The translations under genes were made by a program, and so were the position numbers. This document shows, in pieces, positions 1-14,100 of a DNA stretch of 64,000 nt. Numbering within the stretch: position 1 is the stretch's first letter; each line of letters starts with the position of its first letter. The notes beneath the pieces were generated by a model, which saw nothing but the letters and a program-made list of their open reading frames with translations, did no database searches and was not told the origin of the DNA. The stretch spans positions 62,001-126,000 of the forward strand of contig NOWV01000129.1 in the NCBI GenBank assembly GCA_003344405.1, given 5' to 3'. This DNA is from Trichoplax sp. H2. Its lineage: Eukaryota.

Positions 1-229
1 TGCAAATGATTCTCGTCATTGCTTTCGATCAACTTCAACTATTGCGTTGGTTAGCTGCGATCTATTCATGGATATCATGTTATACTTTATTTGCCTAAGC
101 TATGAGGAAAAGCGTTATCCTTTAAACGACTGCTCAAGTCGTTTAAATGACTCAGTGGGACTAATGGCTTCGATGGCCATTTTTCTGTTGTTTTTTGCTC
201 GATTGAAAAGGACGTTACACTCAAAGGCA

Positions 230-940
230 TGCGGTCGCTCCAGTTAGGGTAGTCCCTAGTTGAGCACACTACCTACAGGGGTTTTACAGCATGCAATTTT
301 GCTAGTAGTCGGAAGTGGAGTGATAGGTCCTGCCGTACTGTCCTTCCATCCACCATGCACACAGTACAGTCCGTGTCCAGTACACGGGTGGGTGTTGTGC
401 AGAGTGAGGAATCACTATGGATGGACGGACGAGATGACGACTGAAGGGGCTAAATGGAGGGTAGAGTTGTAGGGCGGCCCTGTCTTCGGACGCATGTCGT
501 ACTGGACGTCACCGACTAAACTGATACAGTGATATCCAATGTCCTACGTCTAGTACTGTTACAGTATATGGGGACAGCCAATTCAGCACTAGTACAAACA
601 CGAAACGACGCCGTTCGCAGAAAACGAGCGTCGACATTCGTTGAGGCAAAAATACTTTCTCCTCTGCAGTCACTACGGCAACGACAGGAACGATCGCACT
701 GTACTCGCACATTGATCACTATTGCATACTGATTCTTAACAACGCAATACTGCATACGTAGACTCGACTCTATTGAAGCCTGATGAATACCTTTGAAATT
801 GGGTAGCTGATGCTATTAAATTAACACCATTGCTAGGTGAAACCGTGCAAGTTTGAAGCTATTTCGGCGTCGGTAGCTAGTCATCACAACACTAATAACG
901 GTTAATCAATAGATCGGTTGATCTCACCAAAAAGTAAGTA
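230..940. promoter_or_regulatory. GC/CpG-enriched promoter and candidate 5'UTR exon of the DP gene
   Basis: Locally GC-rich, with an ETS-like TCGGAAGT (~309), GC box GGGCGG (~472) and a strong donor AA|GTAAGT at about 934, upstream of the acceptor at 1291. Confidence 0.4.
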
Positions 941-1311
941 CAGTAAGCAGTTTGGTAGTTTTTGCATGGACGGGAGGGGGGAGGGGGAAATTGTAGTATA
1001 TTGTAAGCAAGATCTGATGGAATATAAGCCATTTTGAAGAGCTACTTTATCTTCATCTACCGTGTTCTATTTTGATAGTCGATCAATCACTAGATTCATT
1101 TTGAATTCGAGTAGACAAGAATTGCATCACCGAGTGATGCAATTTTCTACTTTTATGAAATGGCAATACTTTATTCTTCCCTTTAGCTATAGATAATATT
1201 TAAAATATCATCTCAACATGAGTAAAGAGAGAGAATGAAATCCATTTCAATGTATCATTTAAGTGATGGTGATCCTTCTTCTTCATTTTAGGACGGCATT
1301 GTGATTAGAGT

Positions 1312-4300
1312 ATGTCTTTTTCGGCAACAATGACCAAGCCATGGATGGATGGTGGTAAGTGATAAATCGTTTAATAAATTGTGAAATCTTGAAAAGACAT
1401 TTGTTAAGAGATAATCAATTGAAAATTGGGTCAAGTGACTAGGACTAGATCATATGATAGTCAAGGAAGCTACATGTCAAATGGTGATATCATCCATGAG
1501 ATGATGTTATTAAATTAACCGTAATGGAATTGGACTTTGTCTTACTTTCGATCATTATTCCTGTGCACAGCGCACAGCCAGTATCGGTGTTGCTCTTTTC
1601 GCTATTTTTAGTGACGTAATAAAGTAGTTCATTTGATATCATGGAATAATGCCTTCATCAGTTCATATATTATTGTCTCAAACTAAAATAATATCCATAA
1701 CTAGTTGAGTGCAATGGAATGAGCATAATATTGACTAGGTTAGAAAGTAGCGGTAAAAATTTTCCGTAAATATTTTATGGATGTGTTTATGATAATATCA
1801 ACTACATAACAAGTGCCAATCCATTGACACTAGAAAAGTATCAGTAAACTCGATAGTGCTATCAAATAATAATGATATTGATTCCATTATTAGCTTCTAG
1901 TAGTCCATCCAAAGAAAGCCCATCGAGTAAATCAAATCATACCGCAAGCGGCAGTGCTACTATCAATAATACTGCTATAACTTCGACTAGCAATGATAAT
2001 TATAATACTCACGGCCTCAAGAAATTTTATGTTGATAATGGATTAGAGAATCACGCACGAAAGGTACTAATTAGTGTAATTGAACATGATACTAATAGAT
2101 TGTGTGTATCTTAACACACATTATTACTGTCTTGAGTCAACTATAGCGTTGGCAATGGATACAATCCTAGTTTTTTTAAGATTGACTATTAAATTGACAT
2201 ACTTAATTTTAGGTTGGATTATTGGATAGTAATGGGGATATGTCCTCATTTAACTTTGATAATCGACAATTGGCACATAAAGGTATCCTATCTTGACAAG
2301 TTTTATCAATTTCCTTAGCATTTTTATTGGAACATTATTACTGTACTGTAATAGCTTTTTGAATGAACCAACTATCAAATATTTCTTGCAATGTTAGTTT
2401 TATATCTTTATTTTGCGTATCAAAATATTGCATTTAAAAATATGATGATGCGATTGATCTCATTTTATTGCATGTGGTAGACATGCACTGTTAACTTGAG
2501 TTGACTGATATCAATTTGAAATTACAGCTGCGTCCCCACTTTATGACGATAAAAAATCCCAGATGACAGCATCATCTTACAAGGTTATCAGGGCTAATAC
2601 ACCTACTCGTGTCGATGTAACACGATCGCCTTCACTAGTAAGTTGTAATAGATTAGCTAATTTTTTGGATCAGTACTGTAGCAAACTTTCTTTTTAAATT
2701 CCAATGATGTGAACTTAGCAACAATGAACAAATAATCATCCGTTATAATAAACTCCAAATAAGACTTTCTAGTCTTATTAATATTAATTCATTTTTTTCA
2801 TATGGATCCTGTATATTGAGATCAACATTTCGGCTATATTGTAGCGATGTAGTAACAAGATTGATCATGTAACTACTTTATTCTTATGATTTAAGATTCT
2901 TCCTGGAACCTCCATTCAACGGCAAATGTCCCCCGTTAGCTATATGTCGACAAGCCCTGGTACTCCTCAGACTCCCAAAAGTACTAATACACCAGGAACA
3001 AGGTAAGAAGTATAATATAGGCCAGCATTTATATAATTACTATAATAGCTGGCTACTTTGTAATAATGGGAATCGAGTAAATTTATCCACTTTTCGAAAT
3101 CTTAAAAATTTTTCTTATCTGATTCTTTTACTCGATGGTAGTGGAATCAAAAGGAAAAATTCTTACGAGTATGATGTCGTAGGAGATAACAGCGACAAGT
3201 TAGTATCGAGCACAATTCCTACATGTTGTTAATCGATCAAAATTCACTCTCTTTCTATTTTAACATATCGATATAAGTACAGTAGACGGTATTAATTAGT
3301 AAGTGAAATATATTTTATAATAACAGAAAACGATCATCGAGTAAAAGAACAGTATCAACGGCACGTTCTGGAAATGAAAAAGGCGGTAAAGGATTGCGTC
3401 ATTTTTCAATGAAAGTTTGCGAAAAAGTACAGCAAAAAGGCACTACTACATATAATGAGGTGGTTATTTGTCAATTTCGATAAAGTTAATCTATATCTTG
3501 TAAAAATTAAATGATTTAATGATTATTTTAGGTCGCGGATGAGCTGGTGCGAGAATTTAGCGGCGATCCTGATCGAGGAATGCCTTCGAATGATCAGGTA
3601 ATTACTGTTCTTGATACTTTATCACTATGAAAATGCCAATGAAATGATTATAAGGCTAATAACAGTTTATTTTTACTCCCGTTACGTAGACTTACGATCA
3701 AAAGAATATTAGGCGTCGAGTTTATGATGCTTTAAACGTTTTAATGGCGATGAATATAATTTCGAAAGAAAAGAAAGAGATAAAATGGATTGGACTACCC
3801 ACTAATTCTGCTCAAGAATGTGACACATTAGAAGTATGACTTAAATGTCTATTCCTTTTCAGATTTAGTTGATTTGGTTGATATTCAATCAATTTAATTG
3901 TTATATTAAAATATAGAAAGAACTAGGGACTTTAAGAGATAGAGTTCAGGAAAAGAAGGAGCGTTTACGTGAACTTATCATTCAGGTAATACTTATTGTT
4001 ATAGTATGTTTATTTATATGATAGTTGAAAGTAGTTTTAATTAACGTGTATTATATTTTTTTTAATTGCAGCAATATGCATATAAAAATTTAGTGAAAAG
4101 GAATCGCGAAAGAGAGAATGAAAATGCGTTAAAAGAAAACTCTTGCATTCAGTTACCGTTTGTTGTTATTAATACGAGCAAGCAAACCGTGATTGATTGT
4201 AGTATTTCCAATGACAAGTGAGTACTCATTCGTTTATATATTTGCTTCTTGATAATAGCTGTTGTTAATCTATGTTATAAAAACATACTTAATGTAATAA

Positions 4301-5017
4301 TTCAATTTGTTAATTTTAGATTTGAGTATTTATTCAATTTTGATAACACCTTTGAGATACATAACGACATTGAAATTCTAAAACGGATGGGTATTGTATC
4401 AAGTGATGTGCTGGATACCACTGGTAATTTAAATGTGAAGGAGTTGGAGGAAATTAAAACTATTGTACCGAAATCTGTAGGGGATAACGTTCCAGGTACG
4501 TTCAATAATTTTACCAGTGTTGATAACATTTCCTTATGAATACAATTCGTTTGACTGCTTTAGATTGTGATACTATTCTCATTTTATATATTTAGATATC
4601 TTTTGTACTGGTAAAGCGAATAAATATGATGTTCATGCTGCAACTTCAAGGTACAGTACACACTTAATGATAAATTATCTTGCATCGAAATGAATGACTT
4701 TTTTTTTCTCAAGACTAGCATTATCTTTTAGAAATAAAATTGTTAATTTAATAGATACCATTTTTGATTTTAGCGATGTACTACCTTCAACCTCAAAAGT
4801 AACTCCTCCTAGCTCTCCACTTGCTGTTCCTATTGATTATCATAATGATACTGTAGCAGCTGTTACACCAGATAAACGACGCAGTGCATCACTGGCTATC
4901 AAAGGCAATGCAGAAATTGAAACTTATCAGTGCTCTTCTTCGTCAAATTCACGATCATCGTCGCCATATTCATCAACTTCTAGAAGTAGCACACCTAATT
5001 TTTCCGCTAAAAAGTGA
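1312..5017 (+). CDS. TFDP: Transcription factor DP (E2F dimerisation partner), 12 coding exons
   Basis: GT-AG exons at about 1312-1354, 1894-2063, 2213-2282, 2528-2637, 2896-3002, 3327-3459, 3532-3597, 3690-3833, 3917-3985, 4072-4217, 4320-4495, 4596-4650 and 4774-5017 (13 segments if the first short exon is counted). Translation includes [76 protein letters not shown] (DEF box) and [48 protein letters not shown], all DP hallmarks. The start codon choice is inferred. Confidence 0.95.
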
Positions 5018-6152
5018 TTAAAATTGCAAACGTTTCACATAGTTTGTTGGCATATTATAAAGCCATGATTATTTTGCTGACACTACTTATGTTTATCACC
5101 ATGAATGTTGAAAGACGTTCATGTTAAATGTTAGATTTGGAAAAATTATGGTAAGTTATAATTGAAATTCTATGCTATCATTGATGCTATATCGATTCAC
5201 TGAGTCAATTTATCATTCACCTCTTTCTAAATGGTTTAATTTATAATCAGCATAGAAAAGTGCATTGTTAATGCCCGTATAAAATTTATCATCATGATGT
5301 TATATTTCCACACTTGTGACATCATAATCATATCGGAGACCATCAAAGTGGTTTAATACTATGTTTCACTTGATTATGACAATGGTAGAATTATAATATA
5401 CGAGAAAAGCATAAGGTTGGTTTTTTATTGATGGATGGTATGGAAAACAAAATGGATTGCTAGATGGTATTTTTTATTACTTGTTATCCGCAAAGCACAC
5501 AGTATTAGATTTTAGAATTGTGTAGTCCTTCTGTATCTAATATACAAAATATTTTCATTGTTTATAGCATTATTAATATTATTAATACTCTGGTAACAGA
5601 GCATAATGAAATTTACCCTTTAATCGTTTGTATATTACTGTATATTATTTCAGTTAAAGATATGCTGCATTGCCCTTTTAATGAAAAGAAGTTGAGAGGC
5701 ATTGTTCTGTTTCTTCTTGTATCAACAATGCGTCAAATTTTTTGTATAATATATGCATATCAACGTAAATGGTGTCGTTATTATTGACTATCATTGGCAT
5801 GTTTTCGGTATATCTTGATCTTTTAGCGTATGAGTAATGGAAAAGCTTCACTTTTAATATTGCCATTCCTGTTGCTGACAAGATCACAAAATGTTTTGTT
5901 TATTCCTACAACTAGTTGTAGCCTACTGTTAATAATAATATCTTAAAGCCGTGAATACGAATAATGCTGTGTAAAAACTACAATTATTCCAAACAAGCAG
6001 ATATCAGCTTATTACAGTTTATACACTGTATTGCTTTTATATTGGATAGATTGATCACCTGATTACTATTGATAATAGGGTCAACGTGTATATTATAGAA
6101 ATGTCTAATTAGGTGCAGTATTCATTGATTATGTGAAAGGATAGTCCACGAT

Positions 6153-6341
6153 TTAGCTATCGATAGGATCGATAAAATTAAAACTTAATTTTCCGTGAGG
6201 TTGATTGACTACCAGGGCGTAGCTTTGAACCGATTTATTTGTCTCATAAATTGCCTCGGATGACATTTCGTGATCAATATCTGCACCTAATGCTCGTATT
6301 GCACCAACGATATTAGCAAATTCTTTCTTTGAGCCCATTGC
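6153..6341 (-). other. Unassigned exon-like ORF (possible small gene or gene relic)
   Basis: A 61-aa ORF (MGSKKEFANIVGAIRALGADIDHEMSSEAIYE...) with protein-like composition. It is preceded by AG acceptor candidates (~6342, ~6351) and a GT donor at about 6421. I recognise no family. Confidence 0.25.
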
Positions 6342-8160
6342 CTAATATTACTAGAAAAATCATTATTATAAAATTATGTAATAGCAATTAATTGCTATTT
6401 ATTGTCGTAATAACTAGTTACCATTTTTTTTTAATCTACGAGTATTACATTCACTTTTTGAAGTCCAATCTGTTTATATGGTATCGTTGGATTACTCTTA
6501 GAATTTCGTTAAAGTTTTGTGTTCAAGCTTTAGATCAAGTGAATGATTATGAAGGTTGATCATTTGCGCACATTATACTTGTACGTAAAGTAATTTTTTA
6601 CAATTATTGAAAAGAAGCAAACTATGTATTAAGTCAACGATAGTATAACGTTGATATTGATGTAATTTATCTTGTTTGAAATCCTTATTGCGATTTGTTT
6701 TATCTGCAGTACGTTTATTAACATACGTGAAAAATGCCATCTGAATGAATATCAATGCATTTCTATTTATATAATCGTTTGCTAATTGATAATTATGCAT
6801 TGGTTTTCGATGTGATGCAATTGTATGTATTATATTTGGTAACAAATCAAGCACCGTTGTCAATATATGAGCATGCCGATTTGTTAAGCTAACGAGAAAT
6901 AACTTTAATATCATATCATCATTGTTAGCTAGTACGAAAATTATATAGACATTACATTAACGACCTGAAATGAAATATTTCGTTATGTAGTCGTTTATCA
7001 TCATGTTAAATACTCGTATTAAGATGGCTTTGGCGAAACGATTAAAGGAATACATTAACATTGTTTATTTTTTATTACACTTCCGCATTGTTGTAATGGT
7101 TTTCGTTGTACGTACGCGTATATTGAGCATCCAATAAATGATTTTAGTACAATTAATTATAAACTCAATTTGAATCGATTTTTACAATATCTGTTTGATG
7201 GTTTTCATATCGTCATCAACTCCCGGATGTTAATTGAACAGTATGTAACGGTTAAGATGTACTGTGTAACATTATAAAAGATAGAGAGATGGTAAGCACT
7301 GATGATTATAGTAGCAGCTGCACTAAATACTGTGGTAACGTAAAATCTTGGTCTTTTAATTGGATACACAGTTTTCACAAACAATATCATATATCTTGGT
7401 ATCTATGCGTTGGTGATATAAAAGAGCATAATGGAAATATAAAAATGTTCGAGATTTAATGTTGATGTTCTTAAGGATGCAACAACTAGGATAAGTTATA
7501 TATTCGTAATATCTAGTCTTCATAGAGTAACAAGGAATTAAAATATTTGTTTGACCGACCGTTATAGTTTGCATGTCTTTTTATTAGCTTAACATCGTAA
7601 CAATGATACTTTAATGTGATTAGGCCGATATTGGTATTTAGAAGTATTTCATATTTTTTTGGTATTCCTTTTTATTACAGTATAAAATAGAAAATGCTCA
7701 TCATAAATAAAGCGTGGTTAATAAAAAAACAGTTAAAAAGACGACATGCTGTACATTTGGTTAATAACTGAAGTTGGCCAGTATCGGAATAATGTATCAA
7801 TTAATTAATCTAACTTCGATGCTAAAATTAGAAATATTTAACCTGCAATGATAGTTTACATCGTGTATATTGGAAAGAAAATTATAATATCCTCGTAATA
7901 ACAATTTTTTTTGTTCCTGAGATATATTATTAAATTGCATTAATACTCATACTTATATCAAGAAACAGTAATGACATTTACATTTTCGATCGAAGTATCC
8001 ATCAGTCTTTCTAAGCGATGGAGATCTTGATTATCAGAAACGACTTTACAGTTTTGTATAATACAATTCTGAAATGATTCTCAAAGGCTGATTGTAATTT
8101 GCAACATTAGAAACGGTAAATTCAGATAATTGTAAATTAGTTGGAGCTAAAATATTCTGA

Positions 8161-11100
8161 TTAACTTCGTTTAACAGGAGGCCTCCAGTCGTCTAAATCT
8201 TCCAGTTCATCTTCGATGTCTTCTAAGTTACTGACATTAAATGTACTTTGTGTTGATAGTCGTGATCCACCTAATATGGGTAAAAAAGGTGCAATTATTC
8301 ATAGCTCTATACTTAGTTGAATATAATTACTAGAAAGAACTTAGATGGAACTACTGATTTTTCTAAAACTTTTCTGCTTATAGACTTTCTCCAGTATCTG
8401 TAATTATGATCAGCGTAGCTATTAAAATGAGAAATTAATTTCTTAAAATTAAGTCGAGGCTGTTTATGGTAAAATAGATCCATTTTTCCAAAAACTTTTA
8501 GCAATTTACTAATGATATGTAACTCCTTAATGTAAAGATGCAATTATTCATAGCTCTATGCTTAGCTGAATACCATTACTAGAAAGAACTTAGATGGAAC
8601 TACTAATTTTTCTAAAGTTGCCTGCTTATAAACTGTTTCCAGTATCTGTAATTGCGATCAACATAGCTTTATTCTACCTTACGTTACAGTCTGTAGAACA
8701 CTATACTAGGTATGGCTAATAATGTACAACTTAATCTGAGCAATACTGCTCTAATGCAATATGTACTTGTATTACAAGTCAAGATAGACAAAACTTTAAA
8801 ATTTTCTTACCGCCAGATGCACGAGTATCAGCCATGACATTTTGTGAACGCCTACATCATATTTTAATGTCATTAGGCGATGAAAATGAACGCAAATGAT
8901 CGTTTATGTAAAATGCTATAGCAGAAAGTGGATAGTTAAAATTAAAATTTACCTTAAGCTTGCATCGGTAGATTTATTATTATCCGAATCTAGCGACGAT
9001 ATATCGGAAAAATCTTCTTCTGATATAAAAGCTGCTACAGTATCCTGGAGAGAAGTATATTATGAAATCATTGTTAATTACTTACTGTATAACCTGTTAT
9101 AGTACCGAATGCTAAATATTGATCAATTTCTACCTTGGCAGCTTCTGTTTCATTTTTAACTTTGGTAACCTCACTAGTATTAGATTTAAATATTGATACA
9201 CCACCAGGTGGTCTTTTTCCTGATTGAAGACCACGTTTTTCTAGGGAAGCGGCTATATTAACCACCTAAGTTATAGAAAGAAGTTATTATAAAGTAGTCA
9301 GTACTCTATTAGCAAAGGATTCAGGAGTATTAATTGATAAATGAATGGAGAGATTGACCGTGCAATACCTTGTTATTTGTTTCTCCATCAATCGATTCGA
9401 TATTTTCATCTTCTATATCTTGTAATCCAGTATCTGAATTTTTGGATTCCACTTCTTGAAATATTGGCAAGTTAACGTTACTGTCACTAGTTAATATTTG
9501 ATGAACTTTGCTATCAATTTGATCATTTTCTTTTTTGTCGTTTTCCTCTTCGTCTATGTCATCATCTTCATCATCATCATCGTCGTCGTCGTCATCGTCG
9601 TCATCTTCACTGCTGGAATCGAAGTTAATAACTTTCGACACATTTCTCGGCGTTTCTGATTTGTCATCTCGCGATGGATGATGATGTACTTCTACTTTTT
9701 CGGCTATTTCTTCTTTGTCTTCACTATGTAGTTATCAATGAGTATTTTAATTCGCGTACATGGATCAAGACCGGTCGATTAGAATTGCAATAGCTTACTC
9801 TGATTCTGAATTCCAAGAACTGGATTCTTCTGATTCTTCTTCGCTACTCGAACTTTGATTAGGATTATCCATATAAGATCTAAGTTGAATTAATTTTAAT
9901 GTTAGTATCATCGTTTGTAGTGAACTAAGAGAGGATATCATTTTAAATTGGAAGGAAAATTAACTTAATTACCCTGTGCTTGATATACTGTGGCCAGTAT
10001 CACGAAGATGCTGTAATTTTCTAATAGCACCGATGCTCTTAGCTGCAGCTCGTAATGCAGTAGCTGGCGATCTTTCTGGAGCATGATCTAACAAAATAAC
10101 GTCAAATACTTTATCAATAAAATTGATATAATAGGTAGACGAAAACATTCACTAGCATCAAAATGATTATCAGGTCGAATAGAATTTTCGTGAGATGAAA
10201 ATATACGCGTATCGAGAATTTGTCAGCAAACTGACCGTAACGTTGATGAATAGGTGTGGAACCTAGGCTTCTTACATCTAATGACATAGGATGCCAAATG
10301 AATATCATTAATAATTCCAAAATGAGCTGATTTAGAAGAAATTACGAGGTAGCTACACGCAGTTTATGCATCGATATATCATTTATTACTCTTATTAACC
10401 GAGACAGGAGGCGAATACAATGCTTCGTTATCTAGGTAAAATTGATTACGGTAACCTCTTGATGGAGTAATTACCTGAAGATTCACCAGTCATTTCCAGG
10501 GGTTTAGATTTATAATGTGTTTTGCAGATTTGATTAACTTGATCAATTAAACTAGGATGATAAAGAACAATAGTAGACATTAAACAGGGTTAAAATATAT
10601 CTAATAAGGTTGTATAAGATGTTATGATACACATTAGACTTAATATTTTATTTCGATTTTTAATTGTATGTGTGTAGACTATACCGCATATATTATATTA
10701 TTTAAAGACCTACCCTCGGCGAATTTCAGAGAAATTAGGATATTTCTATTAATGATATAAGATTTTCAAAGAAATGGAAAAGTATAAAGATTATCAGTCA
10801 TGGCTCAATTTTGTCACATTGTATTACTAGTAATACTATGGTAATAGCTATAATTTAGTAAAATTTATCTCGATAGATAGAATGAGTTGGTGATCTAAAA
10901 AGATGTTAGTATTGGTAAGATTATTAAGAATTAATTATTTGAATATTTAAATATGTGTAATCTTAATCAGCTGCATATATTTTGATTTAAATTATGAGCT
11001 GATGATCTAAAGAGTGTTTTAATATAGGCAAATTTAGCAACGATTAGTGATATGAATATATAAGTATTGGCAGATTTAATTCGTTGTCAAAGTCCTTATA

Positions 11101-14100
11101 AAGGCTGAGTTGATAATTCAAAAGATTTTGTTATAAATAAAGTTATTAGTGATTAATTATGAATTGTAGTGATTTGATAAATTTCTATTAGTTTGATGTA
11201 TTCTGATAAATAAAGTTAAGTGATGATCCAAAAGACCCTGATATAAATAAGCTGTCAACGATTGAATATATAAATATACCAAATATTAATGTAATGATCT
11301 AAGCTAACTGTAGTAGCACAGTAATATCAGGAGACTATTACACGGCCATTACAATTAAGTATTAACGTTTTAATTCGATGAATATATCCCAATAGACACT
11401 ATGACCTGTTGACCCAGAAGATATTGGTAATCTATTTATAACATCAAAATTTTATGTCCGCATCTTACCTGGGAAATGTTTTGGTGGGTATTTTGCATTT
11501 GACTGGTTTTCTTATTATACATATGATTCGTCATCCTACTTTCATTCTGGTAAAGGTTGGATATTTTTCATGAACAATAGTTACGGGCATTAGGTTAATA
11601 GTGAGAATTAGCATTTATTTAATTATGAATACAGTTAACTATATACTATCAACATACTGTTCCTATTCCTTCATTTATTAGACGGCTTTCAAGTAGATCC
11701 ATAACTTCTTGGCGTGATTTCTTTAAAAATGTAGCTGAATGGCTGTATTGGGCTAATTAAATCAATGGTAAATAGCTTATAAATAGTTTTAAGTACTATG
11801 AAACGGAAATGATCTTAGATAAATGGCTCGTATACTATCACTAACATTTTATTTCCGGTATATGTGAAAATGGAGTATAAGTTTGATTGGTCTTTTACCA
11901 TAAATAAAAGGCAAATTACGGAATATTAATATACTTTTTTAGAAAAAAATCTTTTTAGCCTGGAGGAACCGGACCTACTATTGCTATATTATAAATATTT
12001 TAATCAAGGTATAGATAGAAATAGGAAATAAATGATTCCATACCATAGCTAATGTTGATTCTCCTGCAGTAGTTCCACTAAAATATGAATACAAAAGAAA
12101 CAAAATTTACGGGATTAAATTATAATACGTGTAGGGGATTGTTTGTAATGTTAACATCACTTTCTTACTCTAAATCATCTGTTGTTTGCATTCCAGATTC
12201 ATCCAGCTGCTTTCGAGTATTACTTTCTCTAAAATGACGATATATACCAAGAATGAATAAGTTAGCTAGCCGTATAATATTAGAAAAGCTTGATCATGAT
12301 CATATCTAAAGTATTGGATTAGTAATTGTTAATCTTATGCTGGACAAACTCTAGTCATAGTATTTACTTAGATGGAATCGTAATGTTATATCATGTTATG
12401 TTAACGATGTTATTTTTTGGATGATATAGCATATACACTAATATCTTCGACGGTGAATAAATTAAAAATAATAAAAATGAACAAAAATTAATAAAGAAAA
12501 TTAAAATTAAAATTACAAATAAAACATAAAATATAAACTATAATAAAATTAAAAAAATTTGATTATCTATGTACGATTGTGATCACATCTGAAGTATTAG
12601 ATAAATAATTATCGATCATCTTTGTGCTGAAGAAACTATAGTATACAGTATACTTAAATTGATTCGTAATAATCCTATATCATGTCATGTAAACAATCCT
12701 ATTTTTGATGATATTGTAAATATTAACAACTTAGGCGGCTAATAAAATAGAGATTGTCTATTTTTGTGGCTATTATAACATACTCTTATTTTAAACTACT
12801 TTGATCTTAGTCACGATCGAGGTTTACATGTTTATGTGGTCATTATGGCATACATGTTAATTTTACTTTCAAATGTGATCAAGATGAGTAATATGTTTAT
12901 ACAGTAGTATGAGCATAGCTATTTCTGTCTTGATAGAGTTTTAATTTTATTATAGCATATTTGATTCAAGTGTCTTTTACTTATTTGTTTGATTAACATA
13001 TTTTTGTCCTTACATATGCAAGGTACTTAATTTCTTGCTTTCTTTGGAGGTATTGGACGATTCTGACATTTCTATCAATATCAAAGATATCAATTAGCTC
13101 ATAGCTATAAATAATTACACTTAAATAGTTCATTTTTTATGTCTTATAGCAATGATGAATTGGAATGCTTTACATGGTAAATATATATTAGATATGAACT
13201 CTTCACGCGATAGTAGCAAAGATGGAATGATGTTACAACTAGCTAATTCTAGACAGCAACCATTGATGCCGTACGTATAGTTTAAATATTGATTGAGGAG
13301 CAGGATAGGGTATCTATAGCTATTCTTTCTAATTTAAGATGTGATATATCGATATTTAAGCTTGCTGGATTGCTTGAAGCCTGAAATTTTCATTTTCTCT
13401 CATACGTAAGTAATTACAGCAAAAAATCTACTGTATGTTCATTAACAGGTTGCAGGTTTTAGTTGGGATAATACAAATACTTTTTCACTCTTGCTAATAC
13501 TAATATAAATGAACTTCAAAAAGTTTTAGTCTAAATTAAAGGTTATAGCATTGGCTCTTCTAGTACTAGAAATAATTAATTAATTGATAAATGAAAATTA
13601 TTCTAATAATTTGCTCGCTGATGTAAAGTGGTAACAAATCGTAATAAGATCGATAGTAGGCTTTGCTAAGGTATGAGTTGTTACTTAAGTGGATGAGCTA
13701 GTTAGGAAAACAGAGTAAAGGGAACTATAGGACAATCCTGCACAAATACTTAAGTTTAAAATCTAAATCTCCGATGAATATCATAAGAAAGAATGAATCA
13801 TAGTCTGCAAATCACAATCTAACCAGAATCGGAATTTTCATCATCTTCAGAACTTGAATCTTCGATGTCTTTAAAAGAGTCCAAAAATAAGCCAATCAGG
13901 AATGAATAAACATTTGAATTGATATTATCTAGAGAGCACTTACCTGTTGATTTATCGACGACTACCTTGACTTTGGCACTTTGTATTTTTGATGTAGCCT
14001 GGTTTGCTATTTTTAATAAACGATCATAGTTTTAAATTATTCATAGAGAATGACTATTAATCATAGCTTGTTATTCTACAGCTTTACTAACGCTGATCAT

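Noticed and set aside
260..755. Short ORFs on both strands in the GC-rich zone
   Set aside because: No recognisable motifs. They are expected by chance in a GC-richer promoter region.
972..987. G-quadruplex in DP intron 1 (GGGAGGGGGGAGGGGG)
   Set aside because: Only three separable G3+ tracts, too few for a canonical three-tier G4.
11935..11975. Exon-like segment in DZIP1
   Set aside because: It has an in-frame stop in the required phase. The neighbouring exon (~11847-11892, TNQTYTPFSHIPEIK) keeps the frame without it.
12455..12560. A-rich tract as a retroposon poly(A) tail
   Set aside because: Low-complexity AAAATT-type sequence with no TSD or element body.
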